Shown: positions 20,433-30,406, counted from the stretch's first letter. The stretch is 45,862 nucleotides of DNA from Candidatus Poribacteria bacterium (GCA_046582655.1 JAYGDX010000181.1:1-45862), one strand, 5' to 3'. The notes: generated by a model not told the origin, from the letters alone. Translations and numbers: made by a program.

Positions 20433-22103
20433 ATGGAAAACAGTCGTGGGAACATCGACTTATGGGCGCCTGACATCGTACCATACGTGACGAAGCTGGC
20501 CGATCGAGCAACCGACGTGGCACTAGCGATCCAAGTTCTCGACCCCGACGACGAGGAGTACGGAGCCTACCGACCGCAGGACTCGCTCATCTGCCAGTTC
20601 CCGGGCGGTGTCGGCACTATCCTGACGGAAGCCTACCTAGACCCCAACTCGCGGCATCATCGGAGCAGTGTGGTGGCCGACAGCATCCGGCTGGCGCTGG
20701 AGGCGTCTGAGGAGCGGTTCCAATACGAAGACGGATCCATCGACGGCGGCAGCGACAAGCAGAACGCAGCTAACGCGGCGTTCGCGACTGGTGGAATCCA
20801 CCAAATCTGGGAGCGCTGGCAACCGATCGAACACCCATCGAGCGAGGAGATTGTCGATCGGTGCCGCCGTATCCTAATCAAGTTCGGGCTTTCGTGTCGC
20901 ACAATGGGCGTATTCACACCGAACCACCGGTGGGTGGCCTGTGCGGCGATGGCGATAGTAAACGAGGTGGAATCCGACGAACGGTTGGTCGCGAAGATCG
21001 ACGACTACCTCAGCGACGGGATCGATCAAGATGCCGATGGATTCTATAGCGAGTATTCGCCAATGTACGCCATGCTCTGCAACATGTGCTTCTTTCAGGT
21101 AGCGAAACGGCTGGATCGGCCAGAGTTGCTCGTGCCTGTGCGGAAGAACCTTGAACTGCTCCTCTCACTCTGTCACCCGGGTGGGCAGGTAGCAAGCGAG
21201 TTCAGCGTACGTGCTGACACGGGAAAGCTTGGCGTGCTGCACGCGCTGGTGGAAATGGGGATTCTGGACCGAAAGGGCGAGTATTTGACGATCGCCCGAG
21301 ACCATCTCGATCGGCAACTGCGCACGCTGGACGACAGGCTGGCCGAAGCCGAAGAGGATGGAAGCAACTCGTTCGGAGTACTGCTCGGAGAGACGTCGGA
21401 ACTGATGGCGCTTGCGGTCCTTCCGGCGACTGAAGTGGAGCCTAAGCCGATACCGGACAACTACCGCCTTAGGACATCCGCGTTCATCAACCGTCAACGG
21501 ACGACCGTACGCATCAGACGAGGAAAGCTGAGCATGACTGCCGTCGGCAGGAACGACTTCACGAACCTCATGGCCGTCCGTTACGGCGACGCTATCATCG
21601 ACGGGATGCGAATCATGTACAACTACTACGGGATGCACGGCGCGGGCGACGAGAACCTCCCAGAAGAGGACGACGAGATAGTCTTCGCGGGGAGCTTCAC
21701 CGAGTACATCGACGGGCCGACTCCCGAACGCCGTATCGATCACAAACCTGAACTCCACTACCGACTCGGTATCAGCGAAATCGACGGGGGGCTCGCGCTG
21801 TCGTTCAAAGTGCAAGCGCGACATAAAGTCAGTATCCAACTGGAGTTCGCTGTACGACCGGAGGGCTGTCTGGAGATCGGCGGCCAGACTTTGCCCCTTC
21901 TGGACGGCGAACGCCACTACCTGAACGGGGCGGCTCGTGTCGTGAGTGGTACTGATGCATTAGAGTTCGATGGCGACCTAATCGTACAGCACCGAGAGCT
22001 GGCCGGTGGCAACTTTACCAAGAAGCCCCGGATGACTAGTCTCATCGTCGCCCCGCGCACGCCTTACGCGGGCGTCATCACGATCCGCGGACGTGAAGCA
22101 TAA
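20433..22103 (+). CDS. GC-rich hypothetical protein, heparinase II/III- or polysaccharide-lyase-like toroid plus beta-sandwich
   Basis: Long ORF, RBS-like GGGAGAG before ATG 20433, motifs 'TPNHRW' and 'DADGFYSEYS..Y'. The fold assignment is inference. Confidence 0.7.
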   Translation: MENSRGNIDLWAPDIVPYVTKLADRATDVALAIQVLDPDDEEYGAYRPQDSLICQFPGGVGTILTEAYLDPNSRHHRSSVVADSIRLALEASEERFQYEDGSIDGGSDKQNAANAAFATGGIHQIWERWQPIEHPSSEEIVDRCRRILIKFGLSCRTMGVFTPNHRWVACAAMAIVNEVESDERLVAKIDDYLSDGIDQDADGFYSEYSPMYAMLCNMCFFQVAKRLDRPELLVPVRKNLELLLSLCHPGGQVASEFSVRADTGKLGVLHALVEMGILDRKGEYLTIARDHLDRQLRTLDDRLAEAEEDGSNSFGVLLGETSELMALAVLPATEVEPKPIPDNYRLRTSAFINRQRTTVRIRRGKLSMTAVGRNDFTNLMAVRYGDAIIDGMRIMYNYYGMHGAGDENLPEEDDEIVFAGSFTEYIDGPTPERRIDHKPELHYRLGISEIDGGLALSFKVQARHKVSIQLEFAVRPEGCLEIGGQTLPLLDGERHYLNGAARVVSGTDALEFDGDLIVQHRELAGGNFTKKPRMTSLIVAPRTPYAGVITIRGREA

Positions 22104-22117
22104 AGCTGTAGGGCTAT

Positions 22118-22312
22118 ATGCCGCAAATCAGTCGAGTACTCTTGGATAGGTTGGTTCGTGTTGATGGTGAATGTGAAACTCGAGGGCAGAAAATTGAAAG
22201 ACTAATCAGTGAGTTACAACATAAGAATCCAGAGGTTCGTCATGCTGCGGCAGTGGTATTGAGGAATATAGATACACCTGAAACACTTAATGCAATCAAG
22301 AAATTGAAGTAA
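22118..22312 (+). pseudogene. HEAT/PBS-lyase repeat protein remnant (internally deleted)
   Basis: 'ECETRGQKIERLISELQHKNPEVRHAAAVVLRNIDTPETLNAI'. Confidence 0.6.
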
Positions 22313-22339
22313 AGGATGAATCATTAAGAACTGGCCAAG

Positions 22340-22545
22340 TTAATTATTATTGCAAGTTATAGATACTATAATAGTTCTTCTTCACTGTCTTTCCCGAGGC
22401 AACACAAAGAGATCAAGTGTCATACCAGCATTCGGATTGAAATATAGTTTCCAGATAAGCTGGTACCTTCCTTATCTATTTCGGTAAAGTAGCATCAAAC
22501 CAAATACCTAACTGTTGGGACTATCTATTTGGAGAATTGAACATG
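22340..22545 (+). repeat. Dispersed repeat, copy B
   Basis: tgcaagttataga...caacacaaa...tgtcata...tagtttcca...gtaaagtagcatcaaacc...ctgttgggactatctatttggagaa aligns with copies A and C. Confidence 0.8.
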
Positions 22546-22706
22546 GAATTACAAGAAAGGTTTTCTAGGCTGACAATTGTAATTTTCAGATGGCGACTAG
22601 AATCTTAAAAGGGTATCCGACAAAGAATACCTGATGATATCTAGGTAGAAATAGTATAAAAAATACTGAGAGTGAACAACTTCTGAGATCAAATCAAGAG
22701 GTATAA

Positions 22707-24053
22707 TTGAAAAAAAAAGGTCAAACGCTCAACTACTCTGGTGGATACAGTGAAGTCCTATGGCTGGCTTATCCGATTGTGATTACCATGGTATCACGAA
22801 CCATCATTACTTTTGTGGATACAGCCATGGTTGGTCGGCTGGGCACTTTCCAAATGGCAGCGGTTGGGTTAGCTGGAATCTTAACCTGGACTATGATTTC
22901 GTTCTTTGGTGGTTTTTTAACCTGCGTCAATACTTTTGTGGCACAACACTATGGAGCTGACCAACCGAAGATAGTGGCCGTTGTCGCCTGGCAAGGCTTG
23001 TATTTAGCTGTGGGATCGTATCTACTGCTTCTGTTGATTAGCCGTCTGATACCTTACTTTTTTGACCTGATGAAACCATCGGTCGAGGTCCAACAACTTG
23101 GTATTACCTATGCCCAAATTCGGTTTTACGGCGGGCTTGGGACTTTCATCTCTTTCGCCTTATCAGGATTTCTGTTTGGGATCGGTGATACACGGACACC
23201 AATGTGGATTGAAATCTTTGCCAACCTGATTAATATTGTTTTTGACTATCTGCTGATCTTTGGCAATTTCGGTTTCCCTCGTCTCGAGGTTGCAGGTGCT
23301 GCTATTAGTACTGTTATCTCTGGAGGTATCGCTGCCTGCATCTACCTGTTGATCTTCTTGTCTCGTAAAACCGACCTACGATTCCAGGTCCGTACCCTTT
23401 TCAAACCACAACTGTCTCAGATTCGACGATTGTTGCGAACCGGCTTACCGATGGGCGTTCAGGGGATGTTAGATGTTGGGAATTTCACCATCTTTTCGGC
23501 CATGATTGGGCGGATGGGTAATGCGGAACTGGCCGCTAACACCGCTGCCATCACCTTACTTCACACCTCGTTTATGCCACTGATCGGCATCTCGCTGGCA
23601 GCAACCACCTTGGTTGGGCAATATATCGGATCTGGTCAGTTCCATTATGCCCGAAAGAGCGGTTATACAGCGATTAAAATTGGCTTGACCTATGCCAGCC
23701 TGATGGCCGTCATCTTCTTTACCATGCCAAACAAGCTCCTAGCCTTATTGACAGACGATCCGAACGTGGTCAAACTCGGAAGTCGGATTTTGTTTTTAGC
23801 TGCTCTTTTTCAACTGTCAGACGGATGTGGGATCTGTTCTAGCGGTGCACTCAAAGGTGCTGGCGACACCCTTTTTACCATGATTGTAGGTATTAGCTAT
23901 GGATGGCTTCTGTTTCTGCCACTAGCCTATTGGTTGGGACAGATCTATGGTGTGTCAGGAGCTTGGACTGGAGCCACTATCTATATCATTCTGCTAGGGA
24001 TGACCTACTTCCTTCGCTTCCTAAGCAACCGATGGGAGAAAATCCAAATCTAA
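22707..24053 (+). CDS. MATE family efflux transporter
   Basis: 'LAYPIVI...FVDTAMVGRLG', 'GIGDTRTPM', 'FGFPRLEVAGAAIST', 'GALKGAGDT'. Confidence 0.93.
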   Translation: MKKKGQTLNYSGGYSEVLWLAYPIVITMVSRTIITFVDTAMVGRLGTFQMAAVGLAGILTWTMISFFGGFLTCVNTFVAQHYGADQPKIVAVVAWQGLYLAVGSYLLLLLISRLIPYFFDLMKPSVEVQQLGITYAQIRFYGGLGTFISFALSGFLFGIGDTRTPMWIEIFANLINIVFDYLLIFGNFGFPRLEVAGAAISTVISGGIAACIYLLIFLSRKTDLRFQVRTLFKPQLSQIRRLLRTGLPMGVQGMLDVGNFTIFSAMIGRMGNAELAANTAAITLLHTSFMPLIGISLAATTLVGQYIGSGQFHYARKSGYTAIKIGLTYASLMAVIFFTMPNKLLALLTDDPNVVKLGSRILFLAALFQLSDGCGICSSGALKGAGDTLFTMIVGISYGWLLFLPLAYWLGQIYGVSGAWTGATIYIILLGMTYFLRFLSNRWEKIQI

Positions 24054-24097
24054 GGAAAATCGGCACGCCTGAAGTGCTTAAGGCACTCGAGTACTAA
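24050..24097 (+). pseudogene. HEAT-repeat gene 3' tail remnant overlapping the MATE stop codon
   Basis: LRKIGTPEVLKALEY*, homologous to the tails at 22260-22312 and 37311-37370. Confidence 0.55.
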
Positions 24098-24345
24098 ACT
24101 ATTACTGCAAGTTATAGACACTGCCATTTTTCCCGATAACAACACAAATAGATCTGATGTCATAACAGCAATGTGGGTTGCAATGTAGTTTCCACCGGTG
24201 CCTTCCTCATGTCACTTTGTAAAGTAATATCAAACCAGAAACCTTACTGTTGGAACTGTCTATTTGGAGAACTGGATATAGCACCAAGATGTGCTAAAGG
24301 AAAGGTATGAGTACAGGATTCATTTAGCTTATGGTATAGTGAAGG
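24095..24345 (+). repeat. Dispersed repeat, copy C (longest)
   Basis: Its 5' part matches copy B and its 3' part matches copy A; ends in the extended -10-like sequence TGGTATAGT. Confidence 0.8.
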
Positions 24346-24398
24346 TATGTTTTACCACATAATCAATATCAGACGCATATATGCGAAAGGTGGGTGCG

Positions 24399-25142
24399 AT
24401 GGTTAAGAAATCAGTTATCTCGTTGCTGGTGATGATGATTGTCTTTATTGGGTGTGGTGAAGATGAACCTGAGAAGATCAAGCCGAAAGAGATTGAAGTT
24501 GACCTTCATCTGGGGATGGTTCTTATTCCTGAAGGGACAGTTACTACTATAGAGGTTGAAACAGTCAACGTGGATGCTTTCTACATGGATAAATATGAAG
24601 TAACGGTTGGTCAGTTCAAGAAGTTTGTTAAAGAAACAGGTTATGAATATGATCTTTGGGACAAGGTAGCTGAGTATTCACCTACAGGTAAACACCCAAT
24701 GATCTATGTTTCATGGAACGATGCAAAGGCATATGCCGACTGGGTGGGGAAACGATTGCCAACAGAAGCAGAATGGGAATTTGCGGCTAGAGGTGGATTG
24801 GCAGGTAAAGTGTTTCCTTGGGGGGATGATGGTGATGATGATAATGACAGTGTTGCCAGAGACTATGCTAATTACAGTGGTACCGGTGGCAAGGATAAGT
24901 GGGAGGAGTCCACTGCACCAGTAGGTAGTTTTAAGCCCAATAGCTATGGTTTATATGATATAGCAGGAAATGTTTGGGAATGGTGCCAAGATTGGTATGA
25001 CGATCTTGAAGAATACCAAGTGTTGCGTGGAGGGTCTTGGATCTACTATGCTGACCTCCTTCATGTTGCTGCCCGTAATAGCTACCTTCCTAGTCATAGG
25101 GACAACGACAGCGGTTTCCGTTGTGTGTCAGGGGCAAACTAA
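24399..25142 (+). CDS. FGE-sulfatase (SUMF1/EgtB/PvdO, C-type-lectin fold) domain lipoprotein, non-catalytic; candidate DGR target
   Basis: Lipobox FIGC, 'FYMDKYEVT', 'RLPTEAEWEFAARGG', 'YGLYDIAGNVWEW', 'RGGSW...GFRC'. It lacks the catalytic cysteine pair of true FGE. Confidence 0.9.
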   Translation: MVKKSVISLLVMMIVFIGCGEDEPEKIKPKEIEVDLHLGMVLIPEGTVTTIEVETVNVDAFYMDKYEVTVGQFKKFVKETGYEYDLWDKVAEYSPTGKHPMIYVSWNDAKAYADWVGKRLPTEAEWEFAARGGLAGKVFPWGDDGDDDNDSVARDYANYSGTGGKDKWEESTAPVGSFKPNSYGLYDIAGNVWEWCQDWYDDLEEYQVLRGGSWIYYADLLHVAARNSYLPSHRDNDSGFRCVSGAN

Positions 25143-25152
25143 TTCCCATTGA

Positions 25153-25167
25153 CCGTGCGAAGTACGG
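25153..25167 (+). other. Short hairpin CCGTGC-GAA-GTACGG 10 nt after the FGE-domain gene
   Basis: 6-bp stem (one G-T pair) with a GAA loop. A related hairpin, CTGTGC-TAT-GCACGG, follows the second FGE gene (39474-39488, minus strand). Confidence 0.55.
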
Positions 25168-25275
25168 CCTTTATCATGCAAGATCAACAAAGTCGGTAAG
25201 GCCACAGTGACAGCTAAAACTACTAATGGCAAGAAGGCTACACGAGGCTAACCGTCAACCACAATCCGAGCCGTG

Positions 25276-26673
25276 CTAGCCATAGAAATCAAAGGCGTAG
25301 AGTTTGGCCTTGTTCAATTGGAAACGCAGCTGGATCGCCTGCTGCTGGTAAGCAGATAAATCCTGGCCTGAGACCCAAGTCACTTCTGTCTGATTCACTT
25401 CACCTGCTATCGGATTGCTCTATTCAAGAATTTGTCCTTCAGCGTTCAGCAGAGCCACCTGCACTTCACCTCCCTGTGCCTCTGCACTCAAAAACAACTG
25501 TCGTCCCACACACACTATGGGCTGAGTCATTACCAAACCTGGTAAATTAGGCCTGTCCGGTTGGAGTCCGGCCAAGCCGTTCGGTCGCAATGTGGCCAAC
25601 GCTAGATAGCCTTGGCGCCATCCGTAATGTACATCATCACTGGCTCCATAGTAGATTCTTATCTCATCCGCCATGAAAACCGGTACGCTGGCATAAACAC
25701 ATCCCCAATCATAATCCCCTTTTTGCGGTGAAGTGTCGATCAATGGTGTGCCCGGCTCGACGTGATACCAGGCCAAGGTGTCTGGACTCCAGCTCAGTTC
25801 GCAATGCACCCGGTCGCTGACTGCATTGAAGATCATTAGCATTCCCAGATAAACATCGGCGTACCTACAAATTGGCATAACGTAGTACTGTCTTTCCAAC
25901 TCTGAGGGATCCAGCACGATTTCCGCATCCGACCAGTGGATAAAATCTTCGGACTCCGTTCGTGAGATAGGTCGAAGCGGTGCATCCTGCTGGTCACTTC
26001 TCCGTTCTCCCCAGCCCATTGGACGTGAGCAGGCTACATACTTCTTCAACTCTGGAGCCCACAGGCAGGTGTGATGAGCATCGCCGCGAGCGGCATTTTT
26101 GTTGTCGATTGCTATAGCCTCTGCCCAATGGATCCCATTTGCAGAAAACCGCACACTTAGCCCATGTCGGGCGACCGGAACATCTGAAGCAAAAAGCATT
26201 TTGTAGCGCTTGGCCGCCTCGCTTTCCTCTAAATCTTTGAATACGCCCGGACCATGCGAGGCTCGGGCCAACAGGTTGTTTCGCCTGCTGCCGGCATATT
26301 CAATTATCCCTAAATCAGGCTTGTGCCAGCTGATTCCATCTGAGGAGGTAGCGTAGCAGAGTGCCATTTCTCGCCCGCTGTTGGACACATTGCCATATGC
26401 AACTGAGGCCCGCTGGGCGACAGGCGTATCTGCTGTCGCCCCATCAATAATGAAGGGATTGTACCAGCATTTGAAAATTTTGTCTTCCTCGTCGAAAAGA
26501 ACGTTAGGGTATAAGTTGTCATAACGAACCTCCCAAGGGCGGTCCTCCCCAAACAGGGGATTGGCTGGATGTTTGTGGGCCGTTCCCACTCGCAGGGTGA
26601 CATTTTCAGCAGATTTGATGATACGCGAATCTAGCACAAGATATTTACGACGATTAAAACAGGTGGCGGACAT
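25276..26673 (-). pseudogene. Five-bladed beta-propeller glycoside-hydrolase-like protein with an in-frame TAG near the 3' end
   Basis: 'CYATSSDGISWHKP.LG', 'SEDFIHWS', 'IRIYYGA', 'LATLRP.G'. The frame continues past TAG 25420-22 as SNPIAGEV...IQLRFQLNKAKLYAFDFYG*, the usual C-terminus for this type of protein. Confidence 0.75.
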
Positions 26674-27030
26674 GTTGGTTTTTCCAGTTGACTAATATTC
26701 CTTGGCCGGCTACTTTTGCTTGGCCATCGTGGCCAGCCAGCTAGTTCAGATATTGGTGATGGTCAGCTGTTCTGCTAACACAATGGTTGAGACAGCGCCA
26801 AACCGCCCGACAAAAACTTCTGACAGCAATAGGCGGTCATTACCAATCTAGCACTCCATACTTTTCTCTTTCCTTAGTAGTAAGTTGGCGGGTAACTCGG
26901 CTTTCAGCGATTTGAGGTAACTCATTTATGTCAGTTGTGTAAACTCGGGCCGTTTGATCACTACTAGATGTCACGATTCTTTACTCATCCGGACTATATA
27001 CGGCTGAGGTTAACCAACCAACATGGTCAA

Positions 27031-27447
27031 TCAAGATGAATAATTCTTGAGCGGAGTCAGCATCCCATGTCTCATGCAACCGGACTGGTGAAGGAGTCGT
27101 CCTTGTACACACACCATTGGCGCACCCTGAATTCTATGCAAAGTCAGCCACATTCCAACGCATCTACCATCCTTTAACTTAGTATCCAAAGTAGGGTGAT
27201 CCTGAATGACCATATTATTGGTTCCATCGAATTGCAGTACCTTGTCAAACACGCCATCAATCCGCTTCGGTCCTTTGGTCAATTCATCATCATTGCCATT
27301 ATCGGAGGAATCGCCGGCCTTATTGCCTCCCTTTTTCGTTTAGTAGCCACACGGCCATACGTTTTCCGGTCCGTAAGCCTCACCCACGCCAGCTACCAAC
27401 ATCCGGCCAATCCAAATTAGGCTAGCCGTTATCAAGAAATTTCCCAT
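27031..27447 (-). pseudogene. Degraded LamG-like secreted protein
   Basis: Signal peptide from ATG 27447; frameshifted fragments 'AVWLLNE' and 'GDSSDNGNDDELTKGPKRIDGVFDKVLQFDG'. Confidence 0.7.
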
Positions 27448-27629
27448 GTTTATCCTATCCTCACAATTCTCCATCTTGACGAATGGAACCGTTTTTGCCA
27501 TCATATAGCTCCCAAACAGACTTTTTCTGGCCGATCTCGTCCTATTAATTTGTGAGATCCGGAGTTTCAGCCTTTAAGCTCTTTAGTTGAATGCTAACAC
27601 AATTTTCTGCAAACAGAAAAGGAAATATT

Positions 27630-29162
27630 ATGAACAAAGAAAAAAATAGTCGGCGACCGAACATCGTTCTCATTATGGCAGACGATCTGGGTTTTTGTGA
27701 TCTGGGTTGCTACGGCGGTGAAATCCGCACCCCCAACCTCGACCGGCTGGCTCACAACGGGATGCGGTTCACTCATTTCTACAACAACGCGGTCTGTGTG
27801 GCCACACGGACCTCCCTTCTGACAGGGCTCTACTCCCATCAGGTCGAAAAAAATCTCAGGGGAAGACGCAATAACGTGACTTTCGCCGAAGTTCTGAAGG
27901 CGGCCGGCTATAGCACGCTGATGGTCGGCAAATGGCACAATGGACACGGAAGCGGTGAAAAGCCCGTTGACCGCGGCTTCGATCGATACTGGGGCCTGCT
28001 GTCCGGATGTAGCAACTACTTCAATCCCGGGTTAAAGCGTCCCGGTGAACCGGAGCCAATCCACAAGGCCCCGAACGACATGAGGCACTGGGGTGACGAC
28101 GACAGAGTAATGCTCCCCTACACGCCTGAGGATGCCAACTTCTACTCAACCAATGCCTTCACCCAGCATGCCTTGAACCTCCTTGAACAGTATGGATGAG
28201 AGGATAGGCCTTTTCTGCTTTACGTGGCCCATGCCGCGCCCCATTTTCCGATGCAGGCGTGGCCCCAGGACATTGCTCGGTATCAAGGCCGCTACATGAC
28301 TGGCTGGGATGTACTGAGGAAACAGCGGTACCAGCGATTGGTGAACATGGGGCTTATTGATGAAAAATGGGGCATTTCGGAAAGAGACAATATCTGTCCC
28401 GACTGGGAAGGGGTGACGGACAAGGAACGTTGGGACCGCAAGATGGCCGTATACGCGGCGATGGTCGATCGGATGGATTGGGGTGTCGGTAAGGTGTTGG
28501 ATAAAATCAGGGAACTTGGAAAGCAGGACAATACCCTAGTTCTGTTTCTCTCGGACAATGGGGGTTGCGGGGAGCACATCGACAACACGCCGGACAAGGA
28601 ACCCGGCGGTGTTGATACCTACACTACAGTTGACGCTCCGTGGGCGAACGCCAGCAACACGCCGTTTCGAAAATACAAAGTCTTCGATCACGAAGGCGGA
28701 ATCTCCACACCTCTTATCGCGTGCTGGCCCAATGTAATTGAGCCTGGAACCATCACCCACCAAATAGGACACGTTCACCAAATAGGACACGTTATTGACT
28801 TTCTCCCCACATTTTCCGAGCTTGGAGAGGCGGACTACCCGTCCAACTACACAGGTCACGACATTCTCCCTGTCGAAGGCAAGAGTTTGACTTCTATCTT
28901 TCGGGGTGGAGAGAGGCCGGGACACGACAGTCTCTTCTGGGAGCTGAATGGATGCCGTGCCGTGAGAAGGGACAGGTGGAAAGCCGTGAGCCTGGGTCCG
29001 AAGCGTAAGCATGTTGGCCACCACATTCTAGCAGGTCATGAAGACTGGGAACTCTACGATATGGACGCCGACCGCTGCGAACTAAATGACCTGTCGAGCA
29101 AGAACCCGGAAATCGTCAATGAGCTAGATAGAATGTGGTACCAGTGGTTCGAACGCTGTTAG
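27630..29162 (+). pseudogene. Arylsulfatase with one in-frame TGA and an 18-nt tandem duplication
   Basis: 'RPNIVLIMADDLG', CVATR signature, GKWH. The two ORFs are in one frame across TGA 28197-99 (QYG*EDRPFLLYVAHAAPH). Later motifs 'LSDNG' and 'WELYD...DRCE'. Confidence 0.88.
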
Positions 29163-29207
29163 AGAGATAAAGATTAGTGCTAACGGGAATAGATCAATGA
29201 GGAAGTA

Positions 29208-29453
29208 ATGGATATGAATAAGAAGAGGGCAAAGGCAGAGGTGTTTACCCGACGAGCCAAACAAGGAGACGTAGTTCTATTCCATGGTCGGCTGATACAC
29301 GGCGGGGCAGAAGTTAAGGAACTAGGAAGCTCAAGATATGCTTTGGCCTGCCATTATATTCCCTATAATTCTGAAAATTGGGATCGAGATTGGCCACGTA
29401 TTTCTTTCAACGGGAACCACAGAATCCACTTTGAAAATTCGAGCAAATGTTAG
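29208..29453 (+). pseudogene. PhyH-family dioxygenase C-terminal fragment
   Basis: 'GDVVLFHGRLIHGG......SRYALACHY', with no N-terminal HxD region. Confidence 0.7.
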
Positions 29454-29817
29454 GTTGCCCTCTATTCTCTAGAAATCGTTAAAACTGGAACTTCAGTCGG
29501 GAGATTCGCTGTGATTCATTACTGCATGTATTACCGAACCATGTGATGCGGGAAGGCTGATGTACGAAGAATCAGGTTGGTTTTATCAAGTCATCTCTGA
29601 ACTGTCAGATGAATTGACTACCAACCAAGTGGTAGAAACAGTTATTGAGGATGTAATTGACTAATATTAAATAATCACTGATACCCGCGCAAAAGATAAC
29701 TCGTGTACGGGGTAATCAGGCGGGTATCAGCAACCCTAGCTGGTACCCTTTTTCTTCTCTCCACTCGTCTCTTTCTTCTCCTAACTGACTTCTCTACACC
29801 ATCTAATTTTGACTCTG

Positions 29818-29846
29818 TTGACCTGTAATTTGCATTGCTATATAAT
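29818..29846 (+). promoter_or_regulatory. Sigma70-type promoter
   Basis: TTGACC-17 nt-TATAAT, ending 28 nt upstream of ATG 29875. Confidence 0.7.
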
Positions 29847-29874
29847 ACTATGTAAACTCTTTGGTTCACTTCCC

Positions 29875-30249
29875 ATGTCAGACGTCTTCATCTCCTATTC
29901 TCGCCGTGACATCGACTTTGTTCGTCATCTGTTCGATCAACTGATAGCCCATGATCGTGAACCCTGGGCTGATTGGCTAGCTGAGATTTATCGTAGCATC
30001 GAAGCGGCTAACACCTTCTTGTTTGTAATTAGTCCTGACTCAGTGATTTCCGAAGTCTATACGCTAGAAATCGAGCATGCGGTCAAGCATAATAAGCGAT
30101 TGATCCCTGTGGTCTGGAAGGATATGGATGATATCCTTCCAGCAATTACTACCGAAGATATCACCTTGGCTTGCCAAGTGGCATTTGATACCGAAGCGAC
30201 CATCCGAGTAACGATTGTCAACCGGGGTTATGGTACCGGCGGAATTTGA
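29875..30249 (+). CDS. Stand-alone TIR (TIR_2) domain protein, probably truncated or degraded
   Basis: 'MSDVFISYSRRD', 'FLFVISPDSV.SE...EIEHA...KRLIPV'; apparent short internal deletion and an unrelated tail. Confidence 0.8.
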   Translation: MSDVFISYSRRDIDFVRHLFDQLIAHDREPWADWLAEIYRSIEAANTFLFVISPDSVISEVYTLEIEHAVKHNKRLIPVVWKDMDDILPAITTEDITLACQVAFDTEATIRVTIVNRGYGTGGI

Positions 30250-30406
30250 CTTAGAAAATAGTTTCTTGTCTTCGCCTTTTGTATAAAAATTCGGTTTTAC
30301 AAATCAGCTGAAATTTGGTATTTTTGCCCTATCAGCATTCAAACCCATCAGACAACCGGTTATATCAAAAACCGTGCTGAAACGATTTTTGAGGAGTGTG
30401 AATAGA

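Noticed and set aside
21165..21917. 250-aa minus-strand ORF and other overlapping ORFs such as 3020-3613, 28536-29024, 37751-38176 and 43164-43538
   Set aside because: Shadow frames of well-supported genes, favoured by high GC; no motifs.
24399..25142. True formylglycine-generating enzyme maturing the nearby sulfatases
   Set aside because: It lacks the catalytic cysteine pair after RGGS and is a lipoprotein.
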